Below the pieces are notes generated by a model. That model saw nothing but the letters and a program-made list of their open reading frames with translations, was not told where the DNA came from and searched no databases. Of a DNA stretch of 25,394 nt, positions 1-8,606 are shown piece by piece (the first letter of the stretch is position 1; every line of letters starts with the position of its first letter). Location: IMG/VR virus record IMGVR_UViG_3300005512_000298, positions 1 to 25,394 of that record, one strand, 5' to 3'. A program made the translations under genes and the position numbers. The stretch is from a virus (lineage: Duplodnaviria > Caudoviricetes).

Positions 1-118
1 AAGCCATCAGAAGAATTTTTTGTTCCTTTACCAAAAAAGGCCTGAATCTAATCTCTTGTTTTGTAGAAGGTATAATGACGTCATACTTTGGTACATCATT
101 TAATTTAGGTAGTGCCAT
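1..118 (-). CDS. gp26: Baseplate hub assembly protein, T4 gp26-like (5' part; runs off window start)
   Basis: Not in ORF track. Manual translation from ATG at 118 gives MALPKLNDVPKYDVIIPSTKQEIRFRPFLVKEQKILLMA, the typical gp26-family N-terminus (LP..P.Y...PS....FRPFLVKE.K.LL.A). AGGA SD upstream. Confidence 0.85.
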   Translation of the reverse strand, partial: MALPKLNDVPKYDVIIPSTKQEIRFRPFLVKEQKILLMA

Positions 119-135
119 TCATTTCATCCTTAAAA

Positions 136-753
136 TTATGTGCCTGTTTGTAATACTTGTGCCCCGTTAAGAGTTAAAATTGAATTGAGTGATTCTTCAC
201 TAGTGACAGCAGATCTCCAGTTTGTATAAGATAACTGCACATTCAGTTCTAAAATCCCATCTAATTCATTATTTAATTGTATAGCATTGAGTGTAGTGGG
301 AAAAGCTTCCTCTAATACACAAGAGTAGACTACTTCATCTGTCGCTAGTTGGTTAGTAGTAGCTACTCCTATACCACTTCCCTTTTTAATCTGGCTAATC
401 TTTACAGACTGTGCGTAATCAGATTTGTAACCAACCTCATATGTATTTTGGTCTACAGCTTTATTCTGCCACGCTTCAAAATACTCTTTGACACCATAGT
501 CATTCATCACATGAAATGTCATTGATACATCATCAACAAGATAACCATAAGCCATTTTACGTGTAGTTAACCCAATGGTTCTTTCGCGTGTCGTAATCTG
601 TCTACCAGGTAGAACAACATCCTTACATAATAGATTGAGTTCTGACATTGTAGCATATGGTGAGATACCGGGTAACTCTACTACAAATAGATTTGATCTA
701 GCAAGACCACCCTTTGAAGTGACTAAACTCTTAAAATCATCAACACCAAGCAT
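136..753 (-). CDS. gp54: Tail tube initiator / tail-tube-family protein (T4 gp54/gp19-like)
   Basis: GGLARSNLFVVEL, LLCKDVVLPGRQI, MTFHVMNDYGVKEYFEAWQ, LEEAFPT...L..QLSYTNW match the gp19/gp54 tube fold; position next to gp26 and gp2 favours gp54. Confidence 0.7.
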   Translation of the reverse strand: MLGVDDFKSLVTSKGGLARSNLFVVELPGISPYATMSELNLLCKDVVLPGRQITTRERTIGLTTRKMAYGYLVDDVSMTFHVMNDYGVKEYFEAWQNKAVDQNTYEVGYKSDYAQSVKISQIKKGSGIGVATTNQLATDEVVYSCVLEEAFPTTLNAIQLNNELDGILELNVQLSYTNWRSAVTSEESLNSILTLNGAQVLQTGT

Positions 754-1337
754 CAGATCATTCTCCTAGAATCGCTATAAACTTTGTTTCTACTAGATTT
801 CTGGAAGTCAGCGGTCGGCAGGAATGTAGCGATCTCCCATTCAGGTGCCGGAACCTTTGCAAATCTACTTCTCACATGCTCATTTAAATAATGTTTGACA
901 CATGGTTTAAAGTACTTCATCTTTGCAGCTCTCTTGAGCAAGTTGTATGATAAACGAAATCTAGTAGATTTATCATATCTCTTATTGTTTGTATAATCTA
1001 ATAATGCATCTAAAAACTTAGCACGTAGTAATGGTGGTAGATAGTGTAAATTCAATCCAAGAAAACCACCCTCTGCTGGCCCAATTACAATCACTAGTGG
1101 AAAGCTATCATAGTATGGCAGTTCCTTCTTTAGTTTAGGATCGTAGAAGAACATGTACATGTTACCTACAACGCTATCGTTATCAAGCTCTACAGGCTCT
1201 TCTCTCATCAAAGCGTTACGATTAATACCACGCATACTAGAAACGCGTTTACGAAACCACTCACGCGATTGTCGTGTTCTAGGCGTAATACCGGCTCTGA
1301 AAGCCTCTAACTCTAAGTTGTTAAATAAGTTACTCAT
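753..1337 (-). CDS. gp2: DNA end protector protein (T4 gp2-like)
   Basis: GNMYMFFYDPKLKKELPYYDSFPLV, GFLGLNLHYLPP, FKPCVKHYL..HVRS, EWEIATFLPTADF are diagnostic gp2 motifs. Confidence 0.92.
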   Translation of the reverse strand: MSNLFNNLELEAFRAGITPRTRQSREWFRKRVSSMRGINRNALMREEPVELDNDSVVGNMYMFFYDPKLKKELPYYDSFPLVIVIGPAEGGFLGLNLHYLPPLLRAKFLDALLDYTNNKRYDKSTRFRLSYNLLKRAAKMKYFKPCVKHYLNEHVRSRFAKVPAPEWEIATFLPTADFQKSSRNKVYSDSRRMI

Positions 1338-1342
1338 GACAC

Positions 1343-1350
1343 TATTTATA
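1343..1350 (-). promoter_or_regulatory. T4-type late promoter TATAAATA upstream of gp2
   Basis: Exact TATAAATA on the minus strand in the 14-bp gap between sulfotransferase and gp2, 5 nt before the ATG. Confidence 0.85.
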
Positions 1351-1351
1351 A

Positions 1352-1948
1352 CTATTCAAAGGAATATCCGAACTCTTTAATATCGTCCTTATAGTGTTGA
1401 CCCACATCATCGATCCAGCGTGGGTTTGTATAGTATTTGCGATAGTCTTTATGCTTTGATTGATTAGCAGGGAACAATGGTTTATAACAATTGTACATGT
1501 CCTGGATCTTAAGAAAGTCTTTGTCTAAGTTCTCAAATCTTAAGATATAATCTACTTTATCATAATATGTTACTTGTTGTTTATGAACACAACCCCACTT
1601 ACCGTGTTCCCATTCTCTGTTAGCAAATTCTTCCCATGAAGTTTTAAGTGGATCAATTCCATGTTGACCACCACTTGTTTGATTTCTGCGCACATAATAA
1701 TGATATGCACTCACAACTCTTGCCCATGGATTTCTTACTACACAAAAAGTAAATCCCATATCCATCTGTCTTTGGTCAGCATCCATCCACTTTTTGATTC
1801 TTTTCTGTGCTGCATGCTTTCCACCATGTTGTTGCTTAAAAAGATATGCGCCATTAACATTGTGTGTTAGCCACTGACTAATAGCAACACCTGCATTTTT
1901 AGGAATATGAATAAAAGTACCGGTTGGTTTTGTGGTAATCACTGTCAT
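1352..1948 (-). CDS. Sulfotransferase family protein (Sulfotransfer_2-like)
   Basis: FIHIPKNAG (5'-phosphosulfate-binding loop), FCVVRNPWARVVSAY (3'-phosphate motif), DYILRFENL..DF, and C-terminal Y..YY....V..HY.DD...FGY.F. Confidence 0.85.
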   Translation of the reverse strand: MTVITTKPTGTFIHIPKNAGVAISQWLTHNVNGAYLFKQQHGGKHAAQKRIKKWMDADQRQMDMGFTFCVVRNPWARVVSAYHYYVRRNQTSGGQHGIDPLKTSWEEFANREWEHGKWGCVHKQQVTYYDKVDYILRFENLDKDFLKIQDMYNCYKPLFPANQSKHKDYRKYYTNPRWIDDVGQHYKDDIKEFGYSFE

Positions 1949-2433
1949 TTTTTAGTCTTCTTCTTATAAGGTTTGAGTGGTTTTAAAGGTTTAATTTGTT
2001 TGGGATTGATGCCCATTTTTTCAAGAGTATGTTCTGTCCAGATCTGGAAGTCCCAGCCCCTATCCTTAGCATATGACTGTGCAGCTTTCCATTTGTTTTG
2101 ATTCTTCACATAAGTCATAGCCTCGCTGATATAACGCTTAGACTTATCAGGTTTCTTTGGAGGTTTAGTCTCTTTGTCAGGCTTTATCTCTACAAGAACT
2201 GTTCTACCATCCTTGTATGTAATCTTAAGATCCATAAAATATCTATGGTACCTTTTATCTATCTCCCATAAATATGGTATGACGACTTCTTCGGATGACC
2301 AATGCTTAATGTTAGGGTTGTTGTCGCACCATTTAAACGCGTTTCGTTCCCACATTGATCGATACACTACATTGTCTACATCACCTTTATACTTACTACG
2401 ATGTTTGACTTTGTATTTGCCAGAATATGCCAT
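1945..2433 (-). CDS. gp4: Head completion nuclease (T4 gp4-like, TnsA-type endonuclease fold)
   Basis: MAYSGKY...KYKGD..NVVYRSMWER..FKWCD.NP.I..WSSEEVVIPY, HRYFMD, VEIKP, NQNKWKAA, F.IWTE. Confidence 0.93.
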   Translation of the reverse strand: MAYSGKYKVKHRSKYKGDVDNVVYRSMWERNAFKWCDNNPNIKHWSSEEVVIPYLWEIDKRYHRYFMDLKITYKDGRTVLVEIKPDKETKPPKKPDKSKRYISEAMTYVKNQNKWKAAQSYAKDRGWDFQIWTEHTLEKMGINPKQIKPLKPLKPYKKKTKK

Positions 2434-2441
2434 AAATACCT

Positions 2442-2449
2442 TATAAATA
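2442..2449 (+). promoter_or_regulatory. T4-type late promoter TATAAATA for the rightward baseplate operon
   Basis: Exact TATAAATA in the divergent gp4/gp48 intergenic region, about 35 nt before the ATG at 2485. Confidence 0.85.
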
Positions 2450-2466
2450 ATCTTAAGATTTTTCTA

Positions 2467-2474
2467 TATTTATT
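2467..2474 (-). promoter_or_regulatory. Probable late promoter (AATAAATA variant) for leftward gp4-sulfotransferase unit
   Basis: One mismatch to TATAAATA on the minus strand, 33 nt upstream of the gp4 ATG. Confidence 0.55.
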
Positions 2475-2484
2475 AGGACAACAA

Positions 2485-3486
2485 ATGGATATAATAGATA
2501 CAACCTCTACCTTTCTTGATGAACTGGAGGGTGCAACTAATCCTAGATTTAGATATCCTCTGAGTTATCAGGATGAGTACAAAGGTACAATCAAGTTTAC
2601 AGCACTCAAGGCTGATTACCAAACATTGGGTTCAAAACTTCTTGGTACATCAAATGCTACTGGTGCTACGAATGCTTTGAACGATCTAATTCAAGAGATC
2701 GAGGAGTTCTTAGATTTCTTTAATGACTTAGAGGCACTTCTTGGTGGTACGTATCAATCATTAGAATATAATGGTGTTCAACACAGCCCCAAAGGTAGCG
2801 TGACTATGCATATGCCAACTCAGCTGTCATTTAGAGATAATATAGATTATCAAAACGTAGCGTTTGGAACTACTGGTAGTGCTGCTGAAAGAGCTTTACA
2901 GGAAAATCCTGGGTCATTAGCTAAAGCTGCAGCTGCAGGGGCGGAAAGATTTTTTGATAATATCACTGGTGTTATTGATGCATTTAAAAGTGGCATTACA
3001 TCAGAAGCTGCATCAATATATACTCAAAAGACACTTGGCAAGTTTAGCGAGCCTGTTAGTGGAGCTATAGAGGTTACTTCAGGTGTTACATTGAATCCTA
3101 ATAGACGATCACTATTACGTGGCGTTGGAATCAGAACATTTGGTTTTACATTTAAATTGATTCCTAATAATGCTCAAGAAGCAGCTGAGATTAAAAAGAT
3201 TATTGAGTTTTTCAGAAAAAATATGTACCCAGACGATATTATAGAAAACAACACTAATGTCTCAATAGGTTACAGATATCCAAATAAATTTAAGATTGAA
3301 ATGGAATATGATGGTAATTCTGTAGCATCAAAGATTCTACCATGCTTTTTGCAGGGATTCGATACAAACTACAACCCAAATAGTATGTCGTTCCATAAGG
3401 ATGGTGAATTTCCGGAAATCGATATCACGCTTACTTTCATTGAAGAAAGAGCATTGAGAAGACAAGATATTGTAAAGGGTTACTAA
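2485..3486 (+). CDS. gp48: Baseplate tail tube cap (T4 gp48-like)
   Basis: RYPL at N-terminus, HMPTQLSF.DNIDY, NPNRRSLLRGVGIRTFGFTFKLIP.N.QEA.EI..II.FFR..MYP, YPNKF.I, PCFL, I.LTF.E. Start moved from 2401 to in-frame ATG 2485, which follows an AGGA SD and avoids overlap with gp4. Confidence 0.88.
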   Translation: MDIIDTTSTFLDELEGATNPRFRYPLSYQDEYKGTIKFTALKADYQTLGSKLLGTSNATGATNALNDLIQEIEEFLDFFNDLEALLGGTYQSLEYNGVQHSPKGSVTMHMPTQLSFRDNIDYQNVAFGTTGSAAERALQENPGSLAKAAAAGAERFFDNITGVIDAFKSGITSEAASIYTQKTLGKFSEPVSGAIEVTSGVTLNPNRRSLLRGVGIRTFGFTFKLIPNNAQEAAEIKKIIEFFRKNMYPDDIIENNTNVSIGYRYPNKFKIEMEYDGNSVASKILPCFLQGFDTNYNPNSMSFHKDGEFPEIDITLTFIEERALRRQDIVKGY

Positions 3487-4769
3487 TGGCTTATTTTAGA
3501 AACTTTCCAATTGTTCCATACTATTTTGGTAATGAGATAGATCCTACTCAATTCCAAAACATTACTGCTTATATTGACCTTATAGATCAGATTGCAGATG
3601 ACGCTAGTTTTTATGAATACTATGAGATTAGAGATGGTGAGAGACCAGACGCATTATCATTTAGACTGTATGATACTGTCGACTATTACTGGATGTTCTA
3701 CCTTTTAAATGAAAATATAAGAAGACAGGGTTGGCCGCTAACGTTCCAAGAGCTACAAACAAGGTCGAAAGAATACTATCCAAACAAGGTGATTACTACT
3801 TCAGATGCTATACATGACAGAATGTATGTTGGCGACACTGTCATTCAGGGTTCTTTATCAAATCCATCAGCAATAGGTACAGTTTTAGAAAGAAATCTTG
3901 ATCTGGGTCAACTAGTTGTTAAACCAATTATTGAAGTTAGATCTATTACTGTTACTAATGGTGGGGCTGGTTATACACAAATTCCATCTGTTACAATTAC
4001 TAACGGTGATACAACTGCTACAGCATCTGCACAAATTGCGTCGGGTGCAGTTAGTGCTATTAGTATAATTAGTGGTGGTTCTGGTTTTGAAGAAGCACCT
4101 ACAGTAACAATATCTGAACCAACTATTGTAGATTATGAAGAGGTTGCTGTAAAGCTTGAAGCTGTTATCGATGGCTCATTGACATCAGGAGTTTATTACG
4201 ACTTTTTAAATGAAACATTTAACGGTTATAAAAGAGGTGATGTAAATAGAAACGGATCACTCACTATCGCCGATGCCGCATTGATTCGTGACTTTAATAA
4301 TAATCCGAATAGTGTAGATGTTGATACAAGAGCAAGAATCAGAACAGCGTTAAGACAAAACATCTTAGAAGACTATCTAACTTATCCTGACTGGGTTCCT
4401 TTTGGAAATACAGGAACTACAGCGTCAGCGACAGCTGTACTATCTAGTTCTACTTTCTCTACAGTACAGATAAGTTCAGTTCCAAATGTGACTAACTGGC
4501 GTAACTTTGATCCAAGCGATATTAAAACAATTACAGTTGATGGTGTAGCGAATCAATATGATGCTGTTCATCATTATGAGAATTCTGATGGTGAGTGGGC
4601 TGATGTGGATCCATTTAATCTATCAACAGGAAACTTAACTGCTATTAGTTATTATGATAGACTTGTAAGACAAAACGATAATCTAAAACAAATAAGAGTT
4701 TTAAAGCCAGGAGTTGCTGTACAAATATTTAATGAATTCCAGAAGTTATTAAGAGAACAGAATGGCTAA
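3486..4769 (+). CDS. gp53: Baseplate wedge protein gp53-like, enlarged by internal insertions
   Basis: MAYFRNFP..Y, Y.IRDGERPD.LS..LY....YYW...LLN...WPL (LysM-like), C-terminal HHYE and N.NLKQIRVLKP. Confidence 0.88.
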   Translation: MAYFRNFPIVPYYFGNEIDPTQFQNITAYIDLIDQIADDASFYEYYEIRDGERPDALSFRLYDTVDYYWMFYLLNENIRRQGWPLTFQELQTRSKEYYPNKVITTSDAIHDRMYVGDTVIQGSLSNPSAIGTVLERNLDLGQLVVKPIIEVRSITVTNGGAGYTQIPSVTITNGDTTATASAQIASGAVSAISIISGGSGFEEAPTVTISEPTIVDYEEVAVKLEAVIDGSLTSGVYYDFLNETFNGYKRGDVNRNGSLTIADAALIRDFNNNPNSVDVDTRARIRTALRQNILEDYLTYPDWVPFGNTGTTASATAVLSSSTFSTVQISSVPNVTNWRNFDPSDIKTITVDGVANQYDAVHHYENSDGEWADVDPFNLSTGNLTAISYYDRLVRQNDNLKQIRVLKPGVAVQIFNEFQKLLREQNG

Positions 4770-6123
4770 AGAAGTACAATCGGCAGAAGACTTTTCTGTA
4801 GATAGGATTTATATCACATCTGAAAGAATCAAACAGTTTATTGATATAAAGAATGTCGCAGTAGAGCTAAACATATTTGAAAATATTAATATGCCGTATT
4901 TAACGGGCTCTGTTCTTATTCTCGATGATAATAATATCTTTAATGCTATTGACTTCCAAGGTACAGAAAGATTAAATGTAGAGCTATCAATGCCTGTTGA
5001 TGGTGCACCAACTATCAGCAAAACTTTTATTATGAATAGAATTGAAAAGGTGCACAAATCTAATGACAAGACATCAATGTTATTGTTTAATCTTATTGAG
5101 GACATTGGATTCTATAATAGCGTACAGAATTTTAGTAAGTCATATGATGGTCGTGGTGAAGAGATTATCGCTAAAATATTAAATGATAAATTTGGTAGAT
5201 CTCTTTATAAACGTCTTAACACTTACAAAACATCTTATCAATCAAAATTTAGACTTATTGTACCATACCTTAATCCATTTCAAGCTACAAAGATGGCTTT
5301 AGATAAAATGACTACAGAGAATGGTAGTCCATACTTTTTATACTCGTCTCTTTATACCGATGATTTGGTTTTAGCTGACTTAGATACAATTATAGGTAGA
5401 CAATCCTTTAACTATAACGAACCATTTCAGTATGACCAATCAGTTGCAAATGACAAAGCTAACTCAGTTTTACTACAAGCTAGGTCTATATACAAACTAG
5501 AGGCACCTAATCAAGAGGACACATTGTTACTATCGGAGTTAGGCGCACTTGGTTCTGACTTTACTACAACAAATATGACAGATGGTAAAGACATAAAATA
5601 TGAACATGATGTAAATAAAGTCTATAAACAGCTGTTAAATTCAGGTGTACTGCCTGCAGACCAAGATAATATATTATTAGATAACTTATTTGTTGCAGAT
5701 CCATCAGGTACAGATACGCGCAAACTAAGTCAATTCAATTCACGTAAGTTTTCACAGATTGGTGGCGGCAAAACATTTCCGTATCAACAAGATATATCTA
5801 ACTGGACATATGAAACAGATCCAACAGCCTATAAACTAAAAATGTTTAAGTATGCAATTGAACAACTATTGAATAAAAATAATTTAAGTATTATTGTTCC
5901 AGGTCTTAAGTTTATGACCAAGGATATCACCACATCTGTCGGCAATCAGGTCGCTATAGCAATCTATAAAAATGAAATAGTCGATGAAACTACGAATCCT
6001 ATTGACACAAAAAGATCTGGTAATTACATAATGTTATCAAAAAGGCATGTGTTTAATATTGTAGATGTAAGCCATACAGTTCAAATCTCTTGTGCAAGAA
6101 TTGCTAATAGAAGGATTACATAA
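4762..6123 (+). CDS. Probable baseplate central hub protein (gp27-like)
   Basis: ELNIFENI..PYLTGSVLILD..N....FQGTE.L N-terminus and SGNYIMLSKRHVF C-terminus resemble the gp27/phage late-control-D hub fold; lies between gp53 and gp5. Confidence 0.65.
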   Translation: MAKEVQSAEDFSVDRIYITSERIKQFIDIKNVAVELNIFENINMPYLTGSVLILDDNNIFNAIDFQGTERLNVELSMPVDGAPTISKTFIMNRIEKVHKSNDKTSMLLFNLIEDIGFYNSVQNFSKSYDGRGEEIIAKILNDKFGRSLYKRLNTYKTSYQSKFRLIVPYLNPFQATKMALDKMTTENGSPYFLYSSLYTDDLVLADLDTIIGRQSFNYNEPFQYDQSVANDKANSVLLQARSIYKLEAPNQEDTLLLSELGALGSDFTTTNMTDGKDIKYEHDVNKVYKQLLNSGVLPADQDNILLDNLFVADPSGTDTRKLSQFNSRKFSQIGGGKTFPYQQDISNWTYETDPTAYKLKMFKYAIEQLLNKNNLSIIVPGLKFMTKDITTSVGNQVAIAIYKNEIVDETTNPIDTKRSGNYIMLSKRHVFNIVDVSHTVQISCARIANRRIT

Positions 6124-7058
6124 TGAAAGGATTAGATACAAACTTTTATGGTGATAATTTTAGGTGGTTTATCGCGCGAGTTGTAGATAACATGGATCCT
6201 GATAAACTAGGCCGTGTTCAGGTACAGATACGTGGTATTCACTCTACTGACCAACAAGAGATCCCCCAATCATCTTTACCTTGGGCATCTACAGTTCTAC
6301 CTACGACAGAGGGCGGAACATCTGGAATTGGTAAGATACCAAAGTTATTGCCGGGTGCATTAGTCTTTGGTATATTCTTGGATGGAAAAACATCTCAGCT
6401 TCCATTAGTTCTTGGTCATTTAAACCAAGAGGAGAGTCCTACATTACAGCAAAGAAGACGGGCTGCATTAAATCAAAATGCACCTAATCCTTCATTAGGT
6501 GCTAACGGTGGTGTAGATGGTACAACAGTTCGTAATGATGTAAAGAATCTGGATTTAGATGATAACACCTCTTATACAATAGCGCAACGTAGATTAGGTG
6601 CCATGATATTCTTTACTGATAATGGTTATACACCAGCTCAGGCTGCAGGTATAGTAGGTAATTTAGAAGCAGAATCTAATTTTAGTACAGTCGTGGTGTC
6701 TAGTGTTGAAGGTGAAACATCACAAGGTATTGCACAATGGAATCCCGATGTAGGAAGATTACAAGAATTAAAAGATTTCGCCGCTAATAGATTAAACAGC
6801 GATTGGCGTAAATTTAGTGTGCAATTACAGTTTGTGAAATATGAGTTAGAGAATTATGCATACTTCCAAAATTCATTGTTGAAAAAGGCTACTAAATTTA
6901 CTGGTGGTAAAGATAATAAAAATGCAACATGGATATTCTTAAGATATTACGAGAATCCACGTATAACTCCTACAGTTATAACAGAAAGAGAAGCATTTGC
7001 CAAAACAGCTTATGATCAGTTTACAGATAATTATATTACAAGTGCGGGGGCAGGATAA
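6123..7058 (+). CDS. gp5: gp5 N-terminal OB-fold domain fused to phage tail lysozyme (Phage_lysozyme2-like)
   Basis: WFIARVVDNMDPDKLGRVQVQIRGIH, LPWA, G..VFGIFLDG..SQLPLVLG (gp5 OB fold); then GYTPAQAAGIVGNLEAES...GIAQW...R...QLQFVKYEL...F.RYYE.P (tail lysozyme, about 6600-7022). Confidence 0.85.
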   Translation: MKGLDTNFYGDNFRWFIARVVDNMDPDKLGRVQVQIRGIHSTDQQEIPQSSLPWASTVLPTTEGGTSGIGKIPKLLPGALVFGIFLDGKTSQLPLVLGHLNQEESPTLQQRRRAALNQNAPNPSLGANGGVDGTTVRNDVKNLDLDDNTSYTIAQRRLGAMIFFTDNGYTPAQAAGIVGNLEAESNFSTVVVSSVEGETSQGIAQWNPDVGRLQELKDFAANRLNSDWRKFSVQLQFVKYELENYAYFQNSLLKKATKFTGGKDNKNATWIFLRYYENPRITPTVITEREAFAKTAYDQFTDNYITSAGAG

Positions 7059-8605
7059 TGTCATTTCAGCCTATTGATATTGAAAGAAAATTACAAAGAA
7101 TACAACAGAATGCTGGATTAGAAGGCGCTCTCAGTAAAGCTAATACGGCTATTCAACAGAATATTGTATCTACAACTAGTAAGTTAGGTAGAGCACTTGA
7201 AACGGTGGCTGGTTTTCAGGCCTTAGCTCAGAGTGCTGACGATGTTGTAGAGAGTATCACTAATTCAAGACCTGAACAGTTAATCGGTGCTTTTGCAGTT
7301 ACACAACTTACTAAAAATGTGCCTGGACTCAAAGGCAAATTAGTGTTAGAAGTTGGGGATGACCGTACTGATTTAAATGCACTGACTGGTAAAACTGTTC
7401 AAGATGGTTTTAATCAAGTGCAAATTACATCATCTGATCCGGAAGCAATACTATATCATACTAAGAAGACAACAAATGCTACAGATGCACAACTACGTAC
7501 AGTATTAGGTCAAGCACAAAATCTACAGGCGAAACAGTTTGAATTATTTGAAACAAGTATAAATGATCTTATAACTCCAATTATTGGTGCAGTAAGTGGT
7601 GTATTTGCTAGCTTTAATAAGTTTAGAGCTGGTTTACTTGGCGAGTTTTCAAAGGTTGTTATTGGAATTAATAATGAATTAAATAAAGGTTTTGGATCTA
7701 TTATAGAAAATGTTTCTGAAACTCTTACAGGTAATGGTAGAAGTATTGTAGGATCATTAACAGCTTTAGGTGGTGTTCGGATTACCTTGCCTGAATCTGA
7801 TATGAGTTTTGTTTTAAGCCTAGTAAGTGAGGGTACAGAGACAAAGATAAACCAAGCTGTAGATTTTTTGACTAAGTATTCTGATCTACCGCCAGGACAA
7901 TTAAGAGATGCTTTACGCGGTATAGATAACAGAGCAAGTAGTAATATTGTTACACCTACTGGTAACATACCTACAATCACTAATAACATTGATACTGGTG
8001 CCAAGACCTGGGACTTTGCGAATACACCAAAAAGTCATAACTTCTCTTATGTCTCATCGATGGAAGAATTAGAGGTAGATTTAAAGAGTATCACCAGAGA
8101 AATAACAGAGGTCATTGTTCACTGGACAGAGCATTTCAATAACCAAGATATTGATGCTAGTGATATTCAAGATATTATGAGTAGAAATGGTGATTCTATA
8201 CCCTATCATTATATTATAAGAAAAGACGGTTCATTGCAGAGAGGACGTCCTACAGTTTATGAAGGTGGATCTTTGAATAATAATCATGAGGACTATTCAA
8301 TTCAAATTGCATTTGTCGGCGGTATCAATGCTCCTACTGGTACGACTAATCCGAAAAGATTCTTGTCAGCCGATTCATTGACAAGCAAACAAATACAAAC
8401 ATTCCAGCAGTTTTGTATAGCATCATATGCAGCAAGACCAGGAATACAAATTATGGGACATAATGATATTGATAGAACTCAAAGAGATCCAGGATTTGAT
8501 GTAATAATTGAAATGGAAAATCTATTTGGCAAGAAAAATGTTTATGATAATCCATCAGAACAACCACCATATACAAGAGCAGAACTCATTAAAGTGAAGG
8601 TTTGA
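7058..8605 (+). CDS. Virion-associated protein with C-terminal N-acetylmuramoyl-L-alanine amidase (Amidase_2 / T7-lysozyme-like)
   Basis: EVIVHWT, YHYIIRKDGSLQRGRP, SIQIAFVGG, Q..T, IMGHND, DPGFDV (about 8090-8540); N-terminal about 340 aa unassigned, helical-looking. Confidence 0.8.
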   Translation: MSFQPIDIERKLQRIQQNAGLEGALSKANTAIQQNIVSTTSKLGRALETVAGFQALAQSADDVVESITNSRPEQLIGAFAVTQLTKNVPGLKGKLVLEVGDDRTDLNALTGKTVQDGFNQVQITSSDPEAILYHTKKTTNATDAQLRTVLGQAQNLQAKQFELFETSINDLITPIIGAVSGVFASFNKFRAGLLGEFSKVVIGINNELNKGFGSIIENVSETLTGNGRSIVGSLTALGGVRITLPESDMSFVLSLVSEGTETKINQAVDFLTKYSDLPPGQLRDALRGIDNRASSNIVTPTGNIPTITNNIDTGAKTWDFANTPKSHNFSYVSSMEELEVDLKSITREITEVIVHWTEHFNNQDIDASDIQDIMSRNGDSIPYHYIIRKDGSLQRGRPTVYEGGSLNNNHEDYSIQIAFVGGINAPTGTTNPKRFLSADSLTSKQIQTFQQFCIASYAARPGIQIMGHNDIDRTQRDPGFDVIIEMENLFGKKNVYDNPSEQPPYTRAELIKVKV

Positions 8606-8606
8606 T

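Noticed and set aside
753-1337. Three DS dipeptides in gp2
   Set aside because: Followed by V, F and R rather than small residues; not counted as part of the DS-small pattern, but they show that background DS occurs.
575-2446. Plus-strand ORFs 575-769, 1153-1380, 1661-1870, 2174-2446
   Set aside because: Antisense shadows of well-supported minus-strand genes; no recognisable motifs.
2401-2484. N-terminal 28-aa extension of the 361-aa ORF
   Set aside because: Overlaps gp4 on the opposite strand and spans the promoters; ATG 2485 has the SD.
7058-8605. Possibility that the amidase ORF is an intron, intein or mobile insert interrupting gp5
   Set aside because: No homing-endonuclease or splicing motifs and no non-coding flanks; junctions are clean stop/start couplings.
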